Assembly: GCA_032718475.1 (NCBI GenBank)
Contig: JAUCBJ010008039.1
Span: 1-38,893 of the forward strand
DNA length: 38,893 nucleotides
Direction of reading: 5' to 3'
Source: Nemertoderma westbladi
Taxonomy: Eukaryota; Animalia; Xenacoelomorpha
This document shows, in pieces, positions 1-10,700 of this stretch; positions within the stretch are counted from its first letter, which is position 1, and each line of letters starts with the position of its first letter. The position numbers were made by a program, and so were the translations under genes. The notes under the pieces are model-generated. The model was not told the DNA's origin. It made no database searches and saw nothing but the letters and a program-made list of their open reading frames with translations.

Positions 1-1
1 T

Positions 2-649
2 TGTGACTCACGCCATCGCTATTATCCCGGACGCGCCTATGAAGGAGTTTATGCGTTCCATCCATATTTGTTTGCCTCCGTCGAGCAGAAATCTCGCCTA
101 TCAAGTTATGAACTATTGAAGTGCGTTGGAGAATGTATTTCAACCAAATATGTGCGTAAATTTCTCAGGAGCATTAATCCGAGTGACATCCAGTCTTACA
201 ACTTAATAAACTTTATCCGTCAAGACCCTGCCTATGGAGACTTATTCGTCAACTCACACCCTGAGTTACAAGAGGTATATCGACGGCCTTACGAGTATCG
301 AGCCCGCGAACGCGAGTTAGAAAGAACCATTAAACCAAGGAAGTTTCTAACTGCCTATGGTCCACCCACGGCCCTCGTTCAGACCACTCGTAAAGGACCC
401 GTAAGAGCGGCTGTCTTGAAACGAGCTCTCAAAGCCGTTAGACCCCTCTCCCCGGACGTTGATGTCCATCAACCCGGTACTTCTACCGGCGGATATACCG
501 ATCGCAATCCCATACCTTCTGATGCAATCATATTGCACCCTTCACCCCGGAGTTATAGCCCTCCTAGTAAAGTGGCTCGCCCCAAAGAGAAAAGGACTCT
601 TGCTAGCTTCAAAAAACTGCGTAAACGCCGTCCGCGCAAGAAAGACTAA
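2..649 (+). CDS. Unidentified ORF, open from the window edge (C-terminal part only), with Pro/Ser-rich and strongly basic NLS-like tail
   Basis: Frame 2 has no stop from base 2 (CDSRHRYYPG...) to TAA at 647-649; more GC-rich than flanks; ends KKLRKRRPRKKD. No family recognised. Confidence 0.35.
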   Translation, partial: CDSRHRYYPGRAYEGVYAFHPYLFASVEQKSRLSSYELLKCVGECISTKYVRKFLRSINPSDIQSYNLINFIRQDPAYGDLFVNSHPELQEVYRRPYEYRARERELERTIKPRKFLTAYGPPTALVQTTRKGPVRAAVLKRALKAVRPLSPDVDVHQPGTSTGGYTDRNPIPSDAIILHPSPRSYSPPSKVARPKEKRTLASFKKLRKRRPRKKD

Positions 650-3169
650 CTGTTTAGAGTATTTTTGTATTTTAGAAACTGTGATTTTGTATATTTTATA
701 GACTTAAATCCCATTTTCTGGGAGCGGTGTAAAAGCTTTTGTGGGATAACTGATACGTTTGCCTATGCTGGCCAGTTCCCCCCCAGGCGCTGGAATACTC
801 TAAAAAGGTTTTCTAACTGTATATATATTCCCCTCGCCCGCAAGGTACCTTTACAGGGGTTTTAACGGACATAAAAGTAATTCTGCTATATACGTGTTTT
901 AGTGGACATGGTAAGACAAAAAACTTGTAATGCACCAACCACCTTTCACAGCTTAGCCGTGATGATTCATATTACGACATCTAGCAGCTGGTTGCTGACA
1001 TGGAAACAGCCATTGGACGCGTGGTTCTTTGTTTGGCTTGGGCCAATCAAGGCGGTTTTTCCTGTCGACGTGTAGCTTTTCTGCCGATCATAAGGAGAGT
1101 GTTCAGTCTTACTGTTTTTTCTTGATACTTTGTTGTTATTGCTGTCTAAGCCAGAAACACCGGCATTTTTGGATAGATACTGCTGTACCGTAAACTGCTT
1201 GAATTATCGAAAGTATAAACTGTTACCTAATCTCACGAATCGAATATCACCTAACTCATTAATCATATTGTTTGTACTGTTATTTTACCGTCAGTTATTA
1301 ATTGTAAATATTTGTTGATGGAAATATCGCTATTTGGATAATACGGATAAATCACCCAATTCCCAATTTTCTTGATAACACTACAGGTTAGAGAGACCGG
1401 CTATACATAACAATTGCGATTTATATTAATGTGGTGTGTATTGAATCCAATGTTATTTAGCAGACCCTACGTGAGTCAATTACTGCTCTCTTTATGTGTG
1501 ATCAAATGTACTGACTGTCGGCAGAATAGTGTGTATGATTGTGATTGGTAACAAAGTATTTCCTAAAGAATACGTTTTATACTTTAATCATAAGCAGTAT
1601 CGTTGCGTTTAGTATAAGTCTTAGTTCTGTTTAAATAGATAAAGCGCCACGTCCTAAAGGAACTGTTAATATTTCCCGAAAGCCAATAATATCTGTCAGA
1701 GATTAATCATTAACGATCTATCGAATAATACATTAGGTATACACTGCAACCTTACACTGTAATAATACAATTCAAGCATCCGAATTCAGTCTCCCGGGTG
1801 TAGATCCATCGGGTGAATGATCGCGCATGGGCTGACTTCGGCTAATGTTTTGCGTATTAGCATAAATTATTGTCGTATGCTAAAGTGGTTTTAATTAACG
1901 AAAAGACATATAAATTTTGGCAGGTTAAACTGCTAAAGGTCTTCGAAAGCGCGAACAGTCGTCAATCAGGATGTATGGCAATAATCTCTGATCTCCACGG
2001 TACAATACGGTACATCAACCTGCAGACCTGTCTGCTGTCAGACAACAGGTTTTACTGCATAGGCCTACTGCAGTACTGTATAAATATCAAACATCGCGTT
2101 CTAATTATACTAAAGTCCCTTACTCGTCATAAATATTATGCCCTAATAAATTTGAGTATGCTAACGCCACGAAAGGCATCGTTCTATTAGATTAACTCGT
2201 TCTGATTTATATGTTTATTGAGTAAGAGTAACCTAAACAAGAACAGCCATCATCGCGGGGACTATAGTCTACCAGAAACCCTGACCCCCCTATGCCCCTC
2301 TTTATCTGTTTATCAACCATACATCCACTGATCCATGGGACTTGAACAGTACTTCAGCATTGAAATGTTTTGGACGTTTTGTTTTGAAAGTAAAAATATA
2401 GAAGTCTGGAAGTTTTGTTTGTTTTAATTTTTCAGGCAGTCACATTCCACCAACCAGCAACAGTCCCATCCCTTCCCACTATCCCACGGACCACCACACT
2501 GTTTCATTATAAAGTATTCCCATCTCGATGATGGGAATTAATCAGTAATCCGATGGGATTCACAGATTCAAATCCCATCTCGAAGTAACAGCAAAACAAT
2601 AACACGAAAGTCAATAGCTTTACAGTTATATTTGATTGCATTGAAAGTTAATAGAAAGAAGAAGTTAAATTGCATACCGGTATCCATTAAAATATCATGA
2701 AATTGATACGGCAGTTTAGTAGATTAAAACGGCCACAGCAAGATTTATAAAATGAAAAATAAGTAAAATCAGCACACAATATTATCAATATAGACATTGA
2801 AGACAATTTAATAAACAAATACTATAAAAAAATATCTACTAACAATCAATACATGATATATATAATATATATACATCAGCGACTACCATCGCCACTCTGG
2901 TTCAATCAGTCAGTCCGGTATCATTGTTAGCGTTTTGTTGAATTACCCACTCATCCTCAGACCCTCATGGACACCGACGACGAGCTCTAACCCTAACCGT
3001 TAGTCGATTCCTCCTTGACTGGAAACATCAGGTTCGGGCCGTTCGGCCCATACAAAGTCATTAGCCTCCATGCCTGAACCCACAGGATCATAAGATCTAC
3101 AGTATGTATCGGTATATCGTTCAGTCGTTTTTTCCTTTGTCAGTACTGTAGTATTGATAGGCTCCGTCT

Positions 3170-3332
3170 CGTGGGTATTCAGGGGACCCCCATTCGACGT
3201 ATTCGCATCTCCTCCTGGTTGTTTCGGGTACCACCGCCCGCCATATGCGCATCTCTTCGTGGTTGTTCCGGGTACCACCCCCGTTCGCCGCATTCGCATC
3301 TCATCGAGGAAGTTCGGGTCCGGGTACCCCGT
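3170..3332. repeat. Diverged GC-rich triplication of about 45 bp
   Basis: Three recurrences of (ttc)gcatctc...cgggtacc(a/c)cc. Confidence 0.45.
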
Positions 3333-3581
3333 GTAGGCCTATTCATTCATCATTGTTGTTTTTAAAGACCTACCTACACCTACCTACATTCACCCTACAC
3401 GTGCACCTACATGTAGGCTACACATACCTACATGTAGCCTCTATGTAGGCTATACCTCTACGCAAAAGTTTTACCCCTTCCATTACATACCTGCACTACT
3501 TCTGTACTTACTATACATTACTTATTTATTATTCTTTATGCTTGTTTATCAGTTTATTTATTTTATTGTGAGAGAGACTAG

Positions 3582-3798
3582 GGGCCTCCCTAAAACCCGG
3601 TCCGGTCCCGGTCCCCGGTCCCGGTCCCCAAGACCCCTAAAACCCGGTCCGCCGGTCCCAATGATAGTCTACGGGGAATTTATCCAAAACTAGGACCGGG
3701 TAAAACCCGGTCGGTCCTGACCCCTAAAAGTCGGTCCATAAAAACCGGTCCATGCTTGGATTGGCCAATGAAGAAATATTCCAGCCAATAAAACAAGG
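3582..3798 (+). repeat. Left TIR, 217 bp, with internal CCGGTCC sub-repeats
   Basis: Reverse complement of 5687-5903 with about 4 mismatches. Confidence 0.92.
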
Positions 3799-5200
3799 AT
3801 AGTGATATACAGCCAATGAAAAGCTTTGGTTCTGATGAGATACAGAAGCAACTTAGGCAATGAAAGTGTCAGGCTTTAACTTCTGGGGAGAGGCAGAATT
3901 GCAAGCCATTAGCGAACATCTTTAATTATTCTAGAGCCGTTATCCAAATGTCTGCGTGCGTATGTCTGTCCTAAAGTACTGAAGGACCATATCTGCTGTG
4001 ATATTCCATTTTCGGATATAATGGTTATCAAACCCTTAGCCGAAGATCCTTGGAGTGCTGCGGCTGTTAAAGATTTTAAGATGTTAAAGATGGCAGATAG
4101 AAGTGGCATTGGAAATGGGTTGCTCTACAGTAGGCCTAGTTATGGACGGGTTATACAGTATGTTCCCCTATCCATCCATCAACACGAATCCCCTGATGCC
4201 ATAGTTTTTTCCTTGAACTTATTGGAGGCATTTCAAAGACGTATATTGGACCTCCAGAATGGGGTCTAATGATCCGTGCCGATGAGTTATTTACCAAATG
4301 GGAATCTGGGCACATTAAAATTTTATAATATTCATCAAATGATTTTTTACCTTCTGAATGACAATAAATTTTTGCCATTGACATTTTTATCGAACGTGGT
4401 AGGTACTATGCTAGTTAGTAATTGCTTTCCTGGCTAAGTTGATATGTGTAGGAGGTAGGTATGATGATCAGAACACATTAATAACCGCGTTATTTTTTAG
4501 TTTTATCAAGGTATAGGCATGTGGCTTTCTAGCCATTACCGGTATACTATAGAAACTGAAACAGTACATGCGATGACTGTCCGACTTGTACACCATACGA
4601 TCTGCATCATGGCCTACTACTGTACAGTACATTAGAGTGCCTATCATGCCTGCGCAATAGTCTGATAAAAATAACCCTAAAGTGATTACTGCCATCGGTT
4701 CCATATTACTTAGATTATTATTATTATTATTTAATCCAGGCATACATACCCCATAAAATACAGTAAATATTTAACATGGAACACAAATACCGGAGGCACA
4801 AGATAATTGGAAGGGAGACCGAATCAAGGACAACAAAATTATTGTTATAAAAAAATAATACTCAATTAAGTACGTCATAAATAGAGACTGAATTTAATTG
4901 GGGGGTGTAATATATTTATAATGTAATTGCTAAAACCTCCAAAAACCTCCATATACTTATAGAGATCATCTAGCGATTTTTATGAAATTTTCCATGATCC
5001 TTAAGGCAAGCAAGGCCCTTTCACATCCAAACGGAACCGTACACGGCGCGGTACCGCAGGGCCAGCGGTGCACCGCTGAGTGTGAACGACCCTGCGGTAT
5101 ACGAGCGATCTTAATACGAGCGGCCGATTTAAACTCATTTTATATGCCGACGACAGTACTCTTATTTTCTCTCAATACTGTATATATCTACTGAATTATG

Positions 5201-5332
5201 CCAGGACATAACGACGCAGGACCTAATGTCAGAATGTCTCAGCCTTAGGACCTAATGATGCAGGACCTAAGGACAACTCACAGGAACTAAAGACCGAGAG
5301 ACGCAGGACCTAACGGCCAAAGAACCTACTGA
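5201..5332 (+). repeat. Cluster of short (C)AGGACCTAA direct repeats, probably a subterminal array of a nested MITE fragment
   Basis: About 7 variants of AGGACCTAA within 130 bp. Confidence 0.5.
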
Positions 5333-5686
5333 CTGAAATGAAGCGTTAGCGATGCCGGTGGGGGATGGGGTGGTGATGACAAAATCCGAGGTCACATATC
5401 CAAGGCCATGTCACATCGGTAATCAATGGTAATTTCATTTTGTTATGCCGTAGTGTACTACTGTACTGTGTATTGCAGTATTGTATAGTATACAGCGTAG
5501 GGCCTGCCTACTACAATGCTAGATATATAAAGTGGGAAATAAGGCCGTGTGATAATTCCCACGGATGAATATGATGCAGGCCTACCTATAGGCCTACTGT
5601 ACATAGACAAAGACAGAAAGATAATCCCTGTAATAAAGTAAACACCGCTGTATCTGTGTATAGCAGCCAGCAGTAATACTATTTAA

Positions 5687-5903
5687 CCTTGTTTCACTGG
5701 CTGGAATATTTTTTCATTGGCCAATCCAAGCATGGACCGGCTTTTATGGACCGACTTTTAGGGGTCAGGACCGACCGGGTTTTACCCGGTCCTAGTTTTG
5801 GATAAATTCCCCGTAGACTATCATTGGGACCGGCGGACCGGGTTTTAGGGGTCTTGGGGACCGGGACCGGGGACCGGGACCGGACCGGGTTTTAGGGAGG
5901 CCC
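5687..5903 (-). repeat. Right TIR, 217 bp
   Basis: Reverse complement of 3582-3798; directly abuts the LTR remnant at 5904. Confidence 0.92.
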
Positions 5904-6049
5904 TTGTTTCACAGTTATTCCAAGAAACCGAAGGTTTAAGCGTATTTACGCGTCAAAGATTCTGCCACAGCTCAAATTGCTTAGGAAGTTTATCGCTATT
6001 GATAAACCGTGATAGCGATAATACTTATTCCTGCATTCACGGTTTAACA
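5904..6049 (+). repeat. 5' LTR remnant (3'-terminal 146 bp)
   Basis: 100% identical to 17444-17589; ends ...GGTTTAACA. Confidence 0.88.
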
Positions 6050-6063
6050 TTTTTAACAAAAAC
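6050..6063 (+). promoter_or_regulatory. Putative non-tRNA (self-priming) primer-binding site TTTTTAACAAAAAC
   Basis: Starts at the first base after the LTR CA; lacks TGG; exact reverse complement of 17163-17176 (GTTTTTGTTAAAAA) in the 3' LTR. Confidence 0.6.
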
Positions 6064-7703
6064 AAATAAAATTTATAGCAGTTTGCTTTGTACCACAGTA
6101 CATACTCATTTATAAATCAGGTGGGACAACCAATCAAAATTTTATTTATATTTTATCCGATAGGCTATTTCTATAAATGCCACTATTACTGTATTACCGG
6201 CCGACCGGTACTGTTGAGGTTGACTGTATTACAGTATTACCGGCAGACCGGTACCGGTACTGTTAATTAAATCTGCTAGTGTATATATGTGTTTATGTTT
6301 TGGTTGATTGTGTGAATTATCGTATTCGTGGTCAGGTGGTGTGTGCCGGCAACTGTTACTGTACCTTACTGCCTTAGTTATGCTGTTATGTGTATATATC
6401 ATATCAGTATACAGGTATATGTCTGTATGTATGGAGCGTTTTGTTTGTGTGTATGGCCATTGCTGCATAGTAAAATAGACAATGTTTTGGATTTATTGTC
6501 GTTAAGGGTAACAGGTAAAGCCCAGTAGCGGAAGTTTTCGAATAAACATCCAAGAGCTGTCAACTGGCGATCTATTCTGTTCTGGTTGATATTACAGGCT
6601 GCTTGGTGTGAGACTTTTGTACTGTCGGCGTCTTTTTTGTGGACTTGAAAGAAAAAGTCATGGAAAAGGTAAGTTTCATTATATTTTGTCTATAGTCCGT
6701 TAGTAGATTTATAATACCGGTACATTATATTTCAAGTTAATTGTGGTATTATAACGCCCTGGATCAGTGGATCAGGTGAAAAGGGTAGGTAAACAAGTAT
6801 TTTAATACGGTCCCGTCATTAACTAGGCAGCTAGACCAATCTCTATAGCGGAATAGTGTCTATATTAGGCCTACAGTATATATACTGATATACCGGTACT
6901 TTTGCTCTTTTGTATAATATATGTTTAGAACCCTGATAAATAGGCCTATATTTATATATTTACCGGTTCTATGAAGGTATATTACAGTATTATATGGATG
7001 GCTAGACGTTGTAGTTGTTGAGTCTTTAAGCACAACCTGCATTGCAACATAGTTGTAGGGTATAGGCCTACTAATAATTTACTGTAATTAAAAGTAGGTC
7101 ATTTAAATATGCCTTATGTTATATAATACTATGCCCATTTGTTCAGTTTCTCTATACTTTATAATTTGAGTAGCCCATGGCGCAATTACATATAATTATT
7201 GATAGTCTATTCAATTGATCTTTTTTACTTACTTCTGTACTTATGTTATGTATTGCAGTAGGCAGGTAAGCTAGGCTACCGGTACTGTGCGACTTGCAAT
7301 TGCAGAATTGTATAACCTTTGTTTGGGTTTTATTACCGTATTATATTGGATATTTGGTCATAGGCCTATCCAAAATCCCAAGATATAGTTACATTCGTTC
7401 TAGATCATTAGAGTAAACGTGCAGACGTGTATCGTGTTGGTAGGCCTGGCCTACTACACTTGTATAGATATATACTGTAGATAGGTTACTATACTATAGC
7501 CTACTATAGCCTACTATAAAACTATATACTTTCTCATCTAGCTTACAGCAACCAATATTGAATTATTTAAGAACAGTAGTCATACACAAAACATACCGGT
7601 ACCAGTTAAATTTTCTGCCAGTATAAAGTACATATTTTTATTTACCTCTGGCATTTTCAACTATAATTTATAGTTTTTAGACTGGTAGGGTAATAAGGTA
7701 AAC

Positions 7704-10700
7704 ATGTCTCAAATTGAGAACCTTAGTGAGATCGGTAGTGAGACTGACCTTTCCATAGCATCAGAAAATATGTCTATTGTTAGTCAAAGTGTTAGTGAAG
7801 AAAACACAGAGTCTAGTGATGCAAATAGGAATAACCTTGATGTGCATTTGGGATGTTCAAACAAGCATTTACCATCTAAGAGAGCACAAGGATTTAGATT
7901 AGCATTTTCTGAGAAGGTTAAGAAGGTACTAAGGGTAGCTTATCAACAGGAGCGAGATACTACTATTTCATATGTTGCACTAAATGACTTTGTCAAACAG
8001 ATAACCGTGGCATATTATAGTACAAGTAATTCCTATAAAGAACTAGAGTTAGAACTTACAAACTTTGACAGTAAAAATTATAAGTCTCAATATACCAGCA
8101 TCACTACAGCTAGAGACAAAACATTAGAATGTAGTATAGATGCTATTAAGAGATTGCAGATCATAGCTCACCAGTGTCAATTTGCAACTTTAAATGTTGA
8201 CTTAATATTTGGGCCCTTGGCTCAGTCGGCTTTCCAAGAGGATCCTTCTAGGTCAGATGATACAATGATGAAACAGCCATCAGCTGCACAGTTCATTGAT
8301 GAAGTAGAAAGGTTGGAATCACAAGTTGAACCACAATATTCAGTGTCAAATGTTACTAAGGGTACAATTGATGAAATAATAAGAACAGAGCAGGGGAATC
8401 AGGAGTTACAAATAGGTTTGGCTCATAAACGCCTAGTATTACAAGCAGAACATAGACAACGACAATTAGAAATAGAAAAAGAACGGCCTTTTTTGCAAGA
8501 AATGGCATTGAAGGATGAGCTAGATATCAAACGTCAAGAAGAGGAACTGAAAATTAAGTTAAATTCTTCTACTAGAGTAGCAAAAATAATTAATTGCATG
8601 AGGACTAGTTCAATGAAATCTGGATCTGCAGTATCTTCTACTGCTGCAAGTAAAAGTTCTAAAAGGTCAAGTCTATTAACATTTCTTCACGCTGAACCTA
8701 GTGCTAGTATAAAACAGACCCATATAAATTCTACAGTGAATGTTACTTCATCACTATTGAAGCCAACCATAAGATGTCAAGGTACCAGTTATTCCACAGC
8801 AGTGGAAAGTAGTTTGAGTGTGTCATCCAATGTTGCACCATTATCTGTTACATCACCACATGTCCAAACAATAACAACCTCATCAAGTGGTTATGTTGTT
8901 GGTCAAAATACAGTACCCCAAGACCAACCACTATTTTTCATTGAACCTTTGCAACAGGATGTAAGATCTAAGCAAATGTCAACTCAGATATCTCAGGTGG
9001 AATCAAATAGAGGGAAAGTACACACCTCGACACCTTGTAACATAAATCAACAATCTAAGGAAGATATTAGTAAAAAATCCACTGATATTCTTAAAACAGT
9101 TCCAACAAGTTGTCATTCAGATCATTTTTCTTCTAGGATATTTATAAACAAGAATAGGTATAGTAAAGCCCCTGATCATGTTTCTGATTCTAAGAATATT
9201 TCAGAGGATAGGTTTGTTCATATCAATAATATTCACAAGCAGTTAGATGATGTGGATAAAAGATTGATTTCAATGGAAAAGAGTATAAGAACATCAAAAT
9301 CAGAAAATAATGAAGTGCTGGGGAGTATTTCTGAATCACTATTCAATGAAATGGGTACTATGCGAAATAAAATGGATGAAATATCCTCAAATACATTATA
9401 TATTAATGAGTTTCATGAATTACAGCAAAGTCATGCAATATTGTCAGACATAGTCTTTGCAAAGCAACACAAGTATGATACAGAGGAAGAAGGTTTAGTT
9501 TGGGAAGGTTATCAGGAGAGAGGTCCTCCTAATCAGGCATATTCTGCACAAGCTCCAGGACTAGCGACAGCTGCGGTACAGTCTTCCAATAATGTCCATT
9601 ATAATTCAGTATCCAAGCATCCAAATTCACATGCTACCGAATTGGCCATGGGAGTGGCACAGTATAGGAATAATCAGAATTCCAGTTATACTAACCCTTC
9701 GTTTCTACAAGCTACAACTTCAAGAGTGTCCACGGGAGCGGCACAAGGTCATAATGATAATACAAATGTAATATCGCAGGCAACTAATGAGACAAACTCA
9801 GTTCTATTTCCAAATGCATCAATTAATGCAGATTTATCTCAGCGGCAATTACTTGTAAATACACCAGTTTCCAAGACACCACCAGCACCTCCAAATTTAG
9901 ATTACGCCACACAGCCAACAGCACATCATTATAGGAATCCTCCAGGAATTATTGATTTATCTGGGGCAAGAATTGTTGAAGAAATGAGCAAATTAGCAGC
10001 TAAACAGTCATTGCCTCATCTATCCTTTCAGAAGTTCAGTGGTGATCCTCAAAAATGGTTAGGCTTTGTTTTAAATTTCCGTAGCTTTGTTTTAGACAAA
10101 CCTTTTTCGGATACTGAGAAATATACGTACCTACTCAATCTGCTTGACAAAGAACCCAAGAGATTTGTTGAGATTTATGATGGTACAAGAAATGCTTTTC
10201 AGAAGGCATGGGAATCTTTACAAGAACAATATGGAGATGAAAGAAGCTTAGCGTTGCAGCTTATGGATAGTATTTTCAGTGGTGACAGTATTAAGCATCC
10301 AAAAGATTTATTGTACTTTCAGAAGCAGTTACAATCAACTCGAGATAAACTTTCAACCTTGAAATTTGACTATTTATTAGATGATTTCAGTAGGTTACCC
10401 AAAATTATCGCTAGACTTCCAGATTATGTAAGAAAGAAATGGAGAAGGAAGGCTCAAGATTTGAGGGATAACAATCGCCAAGAAACTCTAGATGATCTAA
10501 TTTCTTTATTAAAGAAAGAAACAAAAGCTGAGAATGACCCTATTTACTCAGACAGGGCATTAGGTTGTACTGAAAGACGACATCATGGTTTGTCATTTAA
10601 GATGTCAGAGACTATCACAGATTCAGCAGATAAAGTCATGAATTCAGTTAGATTAGCTATAGATCATTTCTGTGTTCTTTGTCAAATTAAAGGGCACTCT

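Larger units (their letters stand above)
3582..5903. mobile_element. Non-autonomous DNA transposon with long TIRs (superfamily unresolved; hAT, Harbinger or MULE-like)
   Basis: 217-bp near-perfect inverted repeats beginning GGGCCTCCCTAAAACCCGG; no transposase ORF inside; no clean TSD. Confidence 0.8.

Noticed and set aside
760-870. HDV-like or hammerhead ribozyme
   Set aside because: Could not build the nested double pseudoknot or find CUGANGA/GAAA cores.
5905-6049. Complete 145-bp LTR (TG...CA)
   Set aside because: No TSD, no PPT next to 17445 and no TATA box; PPT, TATA and the PBS complement all point to a start at 17061. Not fully excluded.
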